Source of the DNA: Thelocarpon superellum
Taxonomy: Eukaryota
Direction: 5' to 3'
Assembly: GCA_026025795.1 (NCBI GenBank)
Contig: JAPEUG010000017.1
Span: 62,001 to 94,285, forward strand
DNA: 32,285 nucleotides
The position numbers were made by a program, and so were the translations under genes. Positions 9,316 through 17,775 of the stretch are shown here, piece by piece (the first letter of the stretch is position 1; the number at the start of each line of letters is the position of its first letter). The notes under the pieces were generated by a model. It was not told where the DNA came from, did not search any database, and was given only the letters and a program-made list of their open reading frames with translations.

Positions 9316-10692
9316 ATGGCTCACTCCCTTCCCTTCCTCATCTTCTCCCTGACAGTACTCGTGTTTCCCCTCTGCATACAAGCTACCGTACCCAACTCGC
9401 CCCAGGACTCCCTTGAGGCCCTCTTGTGCGATGGAGCCATCTACGGCGAGCCCATCATGCTGGAAAGGGTCGACGATGCCATGCAAGCCATGGCAGTGGG
9501 CGATGTTCCGATCTTCTGGCAGAATCGCGACCCTCATGGAGCGCACTATCTCCCGATACGAATGGCGTCATGTAAGGGGCCCCCCAGTCAAGGTTGAGCG
9601 TGGACTGAGTCGCCTTCCAGTGCGGTCATCACCACATGGGCCACGAGTCTTCATTGACATCCGACCTCGGAACGACACGGATCGGATGCCGTATGTCTTC
9701 ACCGCCAACCAATTGCGCCGAGCCGTGGGATGGGTCGCACGCGGATGTAGGGGCGAAGGAGGCTTCACAACCCTGGGTCTGGGCTCAATCGTGCCGACCG
9801 TCCTGGCGGCCGCGGACCCTGCCAATCGCTTTACCCTCAGTTAGCCAGCCCCAAGCCTGCATTCGCTGGACAGCATGGATGCTAAGTGTGCCTAGGTTTT
9901 TTGTCTCATTATCTGGTCATCACCATCACCACCAACGTCTTGACCACAGGGGTGAGCCGCTACGCCTCGACTTCAGGATTGACCGACAAGATTGGTGGAT
10001 CTGTATCGTCCAACTTCCAGCAAAGCGCAAGCCGCGCAGTACTGGCCACGAGGCTGAACGACAATGCCCTCTTTGAGTGTCTGGGGAAGCACATGGACAG
10101 GCTGATGAATGCGCAACCTGGCCTGCTCCCATCCGGTCTCCATGCGCTGTCAAGCGCCTGTGATGCGACCAAGTACGGCGTTGCCTCCTGCGATGCGTTC
10201 CTGAGCCAGGATCGCAGCGACGAGATCATCACACTGCAGCCGCACAGACCTCACGAGGAAAGAGACGGTAAGCGCTGCGTGTCTCTTCCTCGATCGAACC
10301 ATGCCACCAATTTGCGGCTGACTGGGCCTTCGCTCCATCCTAGGCCAGTGTCTCATCAAGCTCACGGCGCGCCGTGGTCCCGTCGAGACAACATTTGGTG
10401 CACTGCTCCCTTATATCAGGCAATTGATCCACCAGTGTGACGGGCCCTCGCACACGCATGCAGGCGGCACGGTCTTTCTCCCCGTCCCACTGACCTTGCC
10501 GGAGCAGTCTTGTTCCGCGCTCGGACTTGGTGAGGCATCCAATGTCTCGACTTCGACTGGTGCATCCTCCTGCTCCTTCTGTGGTCGGCATTGGCTAATC
10601 CGACCTGTCCGGATCCAGGACGGCAACGGGGACCACGACCTGGGAGATCAGGACGTCACGGCGGCATTCGAATCACCGTCTCTGGGGGCTGA
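9316..10692 (+). CDS. Putative secreted protein, 5 exons, with two Cys-containing modules resembling Ecp2/Hce2-type effector domains
   Basis: Exons 9316-9571, 9621-9839, 9896-10267, 10344-10529 (or 10559) and 10619-10692. All introns are GT..AG with branch-like sites and keep the reading frame. The N-terminus is hydrophobic (MAHSLPFLIFSLTVLVFPLCIQA). The family call is by eye only. Confidence 0.62.
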
Positions 10693-11159
10693 TTGGATCT
10701 CTTTCTTGGGCCTCATGCCTTTCCCAAGCATGGGAGGAGTATGGGCATATTGGGGGCAGATGTTCTTTGATTCTCGTCTATGTTCCATCTATGATGTTCA
10801 ATGCGAGGACAAGAGACTGTGATGGCGTATGTGAGGCGTCGATGCTAAAGACGGGCCACTTGATCAGCGCCGGCATGTACAATCCAGTCCCATGGGCCGA
10901 AGAGCCCGGTGATTTGTGACCGATAGGAAGAGGGTGCGGTGGAGTAGGCAGGTGCGGAAGTCGCGTTGGTGCGTCTCAGATGGATCGAAGAAGGCGACAT
11001 GGAGGTCGATGGATGCGGGCTCACTGTGGAGAACGTGTCGCCGAGCTTCAAGATCCTCTAGCTCCAATGTCCTTGGCGGACGACCGAGCTGACGGGCGAG
11101 GCTGTGTTGGAGTGGAGTGATGCGACCCAGCGGCGTGCACGCCCCGAGAGATGTCCGCA

Positions 11160-11690
11160 TCAAGTCTCGTTGGCCTTGGCCGCCTTGGCTTTTGCCTTGG
11201 CTTTTGCCTTGGCCCTCTCCTTGTCCTCCTTCCTCGACAAGACCGTAGCCAACCACTCCTCCATCTCCTCGTCGGCGTCACGATCGGTGCGCACGTCTCC
11301 CTCGACGCCCATGGTGCGATGCAGCCGATGCCGCATATCGGCCACGGAGGCAACGTCAAAGGCCCAGAGCGCGACGCCGGTGACCATCATGGCGAGACTC
11401 ACGACGTTGATGGTGGCGATGTTCAGCGCCTCCAGCGCCTCCATCGCGCCATTGACCTCGCCTGCCGGACGGTTGCTCGGCTGGTAAAAGGCCGGGATGG
11501 AGGCCTTGTAGCGTCGCGCGAGTGAGCGACGGGTGATGATGGTGGAGCAGAAGAGAAAGGTGGCGCCGCCGGCGACGAGACCGAGCTGTCGTCGCGCCCG
11601 GGCCGAGGTAAATCGTGCGAGGAGGCCGTTGTCGTGCGGTGGAGCACCCGACCCGGGAATCGACCCGGGGCCCGCGACAGACCCGTCCAT
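11160..11690 (-). CDS. AIM11: Altered inheritance of mitochondria protein 11 homologue
   Basis: Two hydrophobic segments and family-like motifs RRQLGLVAGGATF...ITRRS, FYQPSN and AMEALEALNIAT...ALWAFDV. The tail is an (AK)n repeat. Confidence 0.82.
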   Translation of the reverse strand: MDGSVAGPGSIPGSGAPPHDNGLLARFTSARARRQLGLVAGGATFLFCSTIITRRSLARRYKASIPAFYQPSNRPAGEVNGAMEALEALNIATINVVSLAMMVTGVALWAFDVASVADMRHRLHRTMGVEGDVRTDRDADEEMEEWLATVLSRKEDKERAKAKAKAKAKAAKANET

Positions 11691-11875
11691 GAAGATGACA
11701 AAGGGCAGGCGCGACGGGTGCGTTGGACGGTGTCGTTGGCCGCGACGACGGAGCTCGAGCTTTGGAAAAGTAGCCGTGGAGTTGGATTGTTCAAACTCAA
11801 ACCGCCAAACCGTTTAATATCTTGCATTAAGGTCCTCCAATCGAACGCCAGGGGGTTTTCGCAAAGGAACTTCAG

Positions 11876-12051
11876 GCCCCGCTAGCGTGAGTTTCTCGAG
11901 CTGGCGCACTCGTCGTATTTTCTAACATTACCCTCTATAGGCAATGGTAGCGCGCCAGACTTCTACTTCGGGTCTGGAGAGTATCCTTCTCTTCATCTAC
12001 GTGCTCAGTGTGCAGATCTGGAGGCTGCGGGTTCGAGTCCCGCGCGGGGTG
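11876..12051 (+). tRNA. trnR: tRNA-Arg(UCU) with two introns (11887-11940 in the D-stem; 11966-12015 at 37/38)
   Basis: The spliced product GCCCCGCTAGCGCAATGGTAGCGCGCCAGACTTCTAATCTGGAGGCTGCGGGTTCGAGTCCCGCGCGGGGTG is 72 nt. Stems: acceptor GCCCCGC/GCGGGGT, D GCGC/GCGC, anticodon CCAGA/TCTGG around CT-TCT-AA, T GCGGG/CCCGC with loop TTCGAGT. Discriminator is G73. Confidence 0.9.
11887..11940 (+). other. Spliceosomal-type (U2) intron inside the tRNA D-stem
   Basis: GTGAGT donor, CTAAC branch (11922-11926), TAG acceptor, 54 nt. Exact removal restores the acceptor stem, D-stem and A box. Confidence 0.8.
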
Positions 12052-12057
12052 TGGTGA

Positions 12058-12062
12058 TTTTT
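12058..12062 (+). terminator. Pol III terminator (T5)
   Basis: TTTTT lies 6 nt after the tRNA discriminator base. Confidence 0.6.
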
Positions 12063-12692
12063 GCATCGGTTGCATTATTCTTTGGTTTCCGGGTAGCTGG
12101 GAGCGCTGCTAGGTTTGAGGTTGTCATTATTAGCCAGGATGGTCGCAGTCAACGTTGGGCTGCGTAGGTTGGAATGTAGTCCTCGAATTGCAGCTGACTT
12201 GGGTGACTCGATGACTGTCTGGCGTCTGGTTCAGCGCGCCACTTGGCCGAAGCGAGTCGATTGGCGTCTGTGCACGATTCACTCTAACCATTTTTGAAGG
12301 AACGAGAAGGTGGGCTCACGTCATGGTCATGCCTAGCTAGGTATGCATCGGCGACTAGACGCCCAAGCGTTAGCTACTATCAGGAACCAGAAGAAGGGAC
12401 CCTGTAACGGGAGCACGTAACGGGAGCACCAGGTAGGCGAATACCTGGACTCTAGGTAAGAGCCTGCGATAAGACTGGCATTAGCAGGCGAACACCAATA
12501 CAGAAAATAGGGGAAGCGCCTGCTGGGGGGCATAGTTCAATCCCGACCATCCTACAGCCACGCCCTCCTGGTCGCACTGGAAGAAGACTAGACACCTAAT
12601 ATTAGATAGCTATGCAGCTCAGCCTGTCTATAAGTCTATACCTTCCTCACCGAACGGACTTTGGGAAAAGGAATTAGGTAGCAATTGGATGC

Positions 12693-14234
12693 TTAGCCCT
12701 CCATTCCAGCATCACCTCCTGTGCTCTCCTTCAGTTGCGCCACCTCCCACCCAGCCTCGATCAATGAATCGGCTGTCTCGCAGAAGCAGAGAAGTTCATT
12801 GGGAGCGATGGAGGCATTGTGCACATTCGACCAGCCCATGAATCCAGCCACTTCCCCCTCAGCCACTACCACCTTCTTAGGCATTCCTGTTTCTTGCCGG
12901 ATCAATGCAGAGCCACAGACCCCATCGCGGATCTTTGGCATGCTGCCAATCTCTGGAGCACTGGTGGCGTAAATTCCTTGTCGAACGGTCACGTACGGCT
13001 CATCGGGAGGTGGACCTGGGACCTGGGCTTGGCGGGATGGGCGAGACTGCGAAATGGGCAAGCGTACGCCAAGGCATCTCAGGCGTTGTGTCCCAGTGAC
13101 GAAGGAGTCAATGACCATGACGTCGCGGAAGTTGACATTTTGGAAGGGAAGAAGGCGCTGAGGCGTGATGGCTGCATCCAGGAAGGTCTGGCAGAATTTG
13201 ATCCCATCGTGTAGCTCTGCGAGGCCAATGTCTGTCTTTCCCATCCGACTGGTGACATTGGCGACATGGTCATGTTGCCCTTGCGACACAACAAAGTCGT
13301 TCTTCGACCCCAGAATACCTGGTTTCTCTGCCATCTCCTGGTCCCAGGCATGGATCGCCACTGTGAGGCGGATTTCCTCCCCCTTGCTAACCGCGATACC
13401 TGCTGTCGTAAGGTTGCCCTCCTGAGATCCAATCATGGCACCCGGGGAAAAGCATCCCGCATGGGTGACATAATCTGTGTCGTCGTAGACTCCATCAAGG
13501 AGACCGGGTCGTGGGTGGTCAAGACGCTTGTGGGAATTGAGCATCAGAGGACCATTGACATAGAGAATGCCAACAGAGGAATTGCTGAAGGCGCTTGGCA
13601 ACTTGTCGAGCTGCGCTCGCCATTCTTCGTCGTCGACACCTGGGAACTCGATGACCAGGTTGCAGGTCAGATATGATATGGCGTTTGCCGTGGGGAAATG
13701 CACCTTCACCATGGTAGCAAGCGTCGACGCCATCGGAAGGCGGAAGGGCTTGAGATCGGCCACAAGGTCTTCCTGGAGGCTGATCGTCCGATCGTGGTTG
13801 GGGAAATCTCCGTAAAAGCCAAGACCGACCGGGAGAGGGTCATTGAGATGGAGCCAGACAGCGATGCCATCGGCCACTAGAAAGGGCCGCGAGTCTGGTG
13901 GTGGCACGTTCTCACATTGGAGAACAAGGAATGGCCCACTCTCCATGATGGTGAGGGCTCCGTATGTGGTGCCTAGGTATTCTGACAGGACTTCCATGTC
14001 TGCCTGGCTCAAACGAGAGAACGATTTTTCTTCCTCATTCCACATGGAAAACGGAAAGTTGAGCGAGGCCGTCTGGAGATCGTGATAGACATTGACATCA
14101 GACGACTTAGGTAGGACTGAGCTTCCTGGTGGAGTAGATGATCGAGAGGGTACGACAATCCGCCGAGACTTGACAGGGCTCCAGGACGGCCGGGTACGGC
14201 GGCGAGCCTGGACTGGCGAGAGCACAAGCGACAT
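12693..14234 (-). CDS. Hypothetical protein (513 aa) with a C-terminal chymotrypsin-like protease fold and putative His-Asp-Cys triad
   Basis: Long intronless ORF. Motifs TTAGIAV..RLTVAIH (H295), TDIGLAEL (D335) and GVCGSALI (C440). TATATAAA lies upstream at 14401-14394. Confidence 0.72.
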   Translation of the reverse strand: MSLVLSPVQARRRTRPSWSPVKSRRIVVPSRSSTPPGSSVLPKSSDVNVYHDLQTASLNFPFSMWNEEEKSFSRLSQADMEVLSEYLGTTYGALTIMESGPFLVLQCENVPPPDSRPFLVADGIAVWLHLNDPLPVGLGFYGDFPNHDRTISLQEDLVADLKPFRLPMASTLATMVKVHFPTANAISYLTCNLVIEFPGVDDEEWRAQLDKLPSAFSNSSVGILYVNGPLMLNSHKRLDHPRPGLLDGVYDDTDYVTHAGCFSPGAMIGSQEGNLTTAGIAVSKGEEIRLTVAIHAWDQEMAEKPGILGSKNDFVVSQGQHDHVANVTSRMGKTDIGLAELHDGIKFCQTFLDAAITPQRLLPFQNVNFRDVMVIDSFVTGTQRLRCLGVRLPISQSRPSRQAQVPGPPPDEPYVTVRQGIYATSAPEIGSMPKIRDGVCGSALIRQETGMPKKVVVAEGEVAGFMGWSNVHNASIAPNELLCFCETADSLIEAGWEVAQLKESTGGDAGMEG

Positions 14235-14393
14235 GGTCTTGTCTTGGTAGCCCCGACAATCGAGAGAGAAGGATTCTCACAGCTTCTCTGATTTGTGCGG
14301 GGTGTCAGAAGGAGCTTTGGCAGAGCCGCCGAAGAGTTTTAGCCAAGTCGAGAGTTGCGGATAGAATGGAGGAGCTGTTGAGCTTCGTCAAAG

Positions 14394-14406
14394 TTTATAT
14401 ACGCGT
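14394..14406 (-). promoter_or_regulatory. TATA box with an abutting MCB-like ACGCGT
   Basis: Minus strand reads ACGCGTATATAAA about 160 bp upstream of ATG 14234. Confidence 0.45.
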
Positions 14407-14416
14407 AGGGCGCGAC

Positions 14417-14493
14417 TGCGGCTCTGCCGCGCGTCATACTAGCCCTACCGTATGTCATAATAGCCCTACCGTATTTTCGATGCGGCTCTGCCG
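14417..14493. repeat. Short direct repeats
   Basis: GTCATA(C/A)TAGCCCTACCGTAT occurs twice (14433-14474), flanked by TGCGGCTCTGCCG at 14417 and 14481. Confidence 0.85.
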
Positions 14494-14553
14494 TATATCC
14501 GCGGCCCAGGCGCGTATACGGTGATTCCGGTGCTTATTGCCGACGTCATGTGA

Positions 14554-14638
14554 TGTCGGCCCCACTGTCGGCCCCACTGTCGGCCCCCACTGTCGGCCCC
14601 ACTGTTGGCCCCACTGTTGGCCCCACTGTCGGCCCCAT
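14554..14638. repeat. 12-bp minisatellite, 7 copies
   Basis: (TGTYGGCCCCAC)7; one copy has an extra C and the last ends in T. Confidence 0.95.
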
Positions 14639-15187
14639 TGTATATAACCGTAGCTAGCTAGCTGATTTACTCAACAATTTTACAACCTCCCACTCAACTG
14701 ACTACGTACGTAGCAAAGACTGGCCCTGTGTGAGGGCGTGCACGTGACTTGGTCATCACGTGCGCCTTCATCTACTATTCCATCCACGCGTAGAATTTGC
14801 AATAAATTACATGTCTGATTCCTACAACTGCAAGTACAGTCCCTCCTGGCTCGCTGGGTAAATAAGGGCCAACTCATCTAGGGAAGAGATCACACTGACT
14901 CGTGATGCGCAGAGGGAATGCAGCGAAAGATAGTACTAAGGCTGACGATAAAACTCTGCTTGGGTCTCCCCATACCAAATAGACAGAAACTCCTAATGCA
15001 GCATTTCCCGTTCCGCCCTTCGCGATCAGCTGTAGTAGCCTTAGATTATGTCATCCTCCAACAACTCGTAGGCTGGCGAACCGTCATCTCGTCATCTTGT
15101 TATCCTGCCATCGCGGCATCCCGTCATCGGCAGCTCGCGTACCTTGACGTGGAGGTCGTTGGTCTGTCGTCCTATTCCTCGCTGGTC

Positions 15188-17161
15188 ATGGTGATGAGGG
15201 CACGGCTGCTGCCGCTGTGCAGTCGACATGCCCCCCTCACGCTCATTGGCCGGAGGAGCTCTGGGGCCCCGCCCAACTTCCCCCGACCGGTCCGGACGCA
15301 GCAGTTTCAACCTTTGACGCCGCCGGCGCCCAGCTCTCTGCCCAAGCCCGCGCCACCCAAGACCTACACCCGACTGCGTCGATCCACCCGGCGCGCGGTC
15401 TACCTAACGCTGGCGACGGGCCTGGTGTACCTGATCGATCGACAGTGGTACGCGTCGTCGTTGACGAGGAGCGCCCGGACGTTTGGCGTCGGCATCATCG
15501 TGGCGCTGGACTACAAGATCAACTTCCGACCACACCCGCCGCTGGCCGAATCGATCGAGGCCCTCCACCGGCGAAATGCCGAACGGCTTTCGGATCTGCT
15601 GCGCAACAACGGCGGCCTCTACCTCAAGATCGGGCAGGCCATTGCGATGCAGAGCGCCATCCTGCCGCCCGAGTTCCAGAAGATGTTTGCGCGCATGTTC
15701 GACGACGCGCCGCAGAACAGCTGGGCCGAGGTGCAGCAGGTGATTCGGGAAGACCTGGGCGGGTCGCCGGAAGAGGTCTTTGGCGTGAGCTTCGACGGCG
15801 ATCCGGCGCGCGGCGTCATGGAGCAGACGGCGCGGGCCAGTGCCAGCGTGGCGCAAGTGCACTGGGCCCGTCTGGCCGACGGGCGTGAGGTGGCCATCAA
15901 GGTGCAGAAACGAGAGATTGCGCAACAGGTGGGATGGGACCTGTGGGCGTTCAAGGTGGTGGCGTATCTGTACACGAGCATCTTCGACCTCCCCCTCTAC
16001 AGCTTCGTGCCGTACATCTCGGGCCGTCTGTTGCTGGAGACGGACTTTGTCAACGAGGCGGACAACGCGGAACGCATGGCGGAGCTGGTGGCCCACGACT
16101 CGCGCCTGCGCGGCCGGGTCTATGTGCCTGTGGTCTACCGCGACCTCAGCTCCAAGCGCATCATGACGGCGGAGTGGATCGAGGGCGTGCGACTGTGGGA
16201 TAAGGAGACCTTGACGGCGCCGTGGCGCGGCGGACGACGGGGGAGCCCGGGATGCCAGGGGGCGCCCTTGGATGGGCCGTCAGACCCCACGGCGCCGGCC
16301 CGGCCCGACGGACGCATCAAGCCCGATCGCACGGGGTGGAAGGGCAAGGACGGCAAGGCCGGGCTCGGGCTGAGTCTCAAGGAGGTTATGACGAGCATGG
16401 TGGATCTATTCTCGGCCCAGATGTTCCTCTGGGGCTGGGTACATTGCGACCCGCACCCGGGCAACATCTTCATCCGGCGGCTTCCGTCCGGCCGGCCGGA
16501 GCTGGTCCTGCTGGACCACGGGCTCTACATCCACCTGGAGCCGGCATTCCGGCACCAGTACGCGCTGTTCTGGAAATCCCTGCTCACGTTCGACAACGCC
16601 ACGCTGGCGACGATCGCCAAGAGCTGGGGGATCGGCAACGCGGACTTTTTCGCCTCGGCCACGCTCATGCGGCCGTACGCCGGGGCGGACCAGAACATGG
16701 CGCGGCAGATGCGCCACGGCTTCGGCCGCGACCGACGAGACGGAGCCGAACGGTCGTTCGAAGCGCAGCAGCGCATGCGCGCCAACATCCGCGACATCCT
16801 CGGCGACGAGACCAAGTGGCCGCTCGAGCTCATCTTCCTCGGGCGCAACCTGCGCATCGTGCAGGGCAACAACCAGTACCTGGGCTCGCCCGTCAACCGG
16901 ATCAAAATCACCGGCACGTGGGCCTCGCGCGCCCTCGTCGACTCGCCCGACCTGTCGTACGCGCAGAAATGGACGAATCTCGGTCGCCATCTCATCTTCA
17001 CCCTCGTCATGTTCTCCAGCGACCTGCTCTTCTACACCAGCAAGCTCCGGCAGTGGCTGGGATGGGGCCAGGGCATGGAAGACGACATGGAGAGGCAGTT
17101 GAAGGGCATCGCGAAGGAGACGTTGGGCGTGGAGTTGAACCACGGTGTTTTTGATGGATGA
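15188..17161 (+). CDS. ABC1/UbiB-family atypical kinase, ADCK1/Mcp2-like, probably mitochondrial
   Basis: KxGQ (LYLKIGQ), ASASVAQVH, VAIKVQ, HCDPHPGNI and LLDHGL. An Arg-rich presequence-like N-terminus starts at ATG 15188 or 15194. Confidence 0.93.
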   Translation: MVMRARLLPLCSRHAPLTLIGRRSSGAPPNFPRPVRTQQFQPLTPPAPSSLPKPAPPKTYTRLRRSTRRAVYLTLATGLVYLIDRQWYASSLTRSARTFGVGIIVALDYKINFRPHPPLAESIEALHRRNAERLSDLLRNNGGLYLKIGQAIAMQSAILPPEFQKMFARMFDDAPQNSWAEVQQVIREDLGGSPEEVFGVSFDGDPARGVMEQTARASASVAQVHWARLADGREVAIKVQKREIAQQVGWDLWAFKVVAYLYTSIFDLPLYSFVPYISGRLLLETDFVNEADNAERMAELVAHDSRLRGRVYVPVVYRDLSSKRIMTAEWIEGVRLWDKETLTAPWRGGRRGSPGCQGAPLDGPSDPTAPARPDGRIKPDRTGWKGKDGKAGLGLSLKEVMTSMVDLFSAQMFLWGWVHCDPHPGNIFIRRLPSGRPELVLLDHGLYIHLEPAFRHQYALFWKSLLTFDNATLATIAKSWGIGNADFFASATLMRPYAGADQNMARQMRHGFGRDRRDGAERSFEAQQRMRANIRDILGDETKWPLELIFLGRNLRIVQGNNQYLGSPVNRIKITGTWASRALVDSPDLSYAQKWTNLGRHLIFTLVMFSSDLLFYTSKLRQWLGWGQGMEDDMERQLKGIAKETLGVELNHGVFDG

Positions 17162-17775
17162 CGAACTGCGTGAGGACGGCAATCGGACTACATCTAGATG
17201 GATGGATGGGCGTCGTTTACAAGGAGATGTAGATGGAGATGTAGATGACGGGATATATGACACTTCCACTCCGCTTCACACTTCTCTCTCGTGTTGTGCC
17301 TCGGGTCTTCTTTTCAGCGTCTACATCTTTTCTCCCGTCTACGATACGATAGAATTGGTGCGGGATGAAGGGGGGCACTGTTGGTGTAGCAAGTGATGAT
17401 GGTGATGAGGAGAAGGAGGCGGAGGAGGTGGAGATTCCATCGCCACATGTGCCATGGATGCACACATGCTACGCTATGCCATGCAATGCTAAGTGCTCGA
17501 CAGCAACTAAGGACAAGGAGGGGGAAGAGGATAGGAAGCATATAGAGAAGAGAAGAGAAGAGAAGAGATAGACCGGAACCAAAGGGGGAAACGAGTCGCC
17601 ACGTGGTCGGCCGGTTGGTTGTCCGCTTGCGATCAATCAATCAATCAATCAGTCAATCTCGGTAGTTCGTTCAATTGGGTCCACATCCACATCCACATCC
17701 AGTCACATCCATTAGATGGAACAGATAGACAAGCAGAGATAAGTCGGAAGGAAGAAGCAGAGAGAAGCGTTCTGA

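Noticed and set aside
11930..12051. tRNA starting at ACCCTCT (11930) with no D-stem intron
   Set aside because: It gives mismatched acceptor and D stems, whereas the spliced model pairs fully.
12052..14900. Discrete mobile element carrying the protease gene at the tRNA
   Set aside because: No TIRs, TSD, duplicated tRNA end or recombinase/transposase gene was found by eye.
14918..15187. 90-aa N-terminal extension of the ABC1 kinase
   Set aside because: Composition differs from the GC3-rich coding region and it would bury the presequence-like segment. It is probably a chance open frame.
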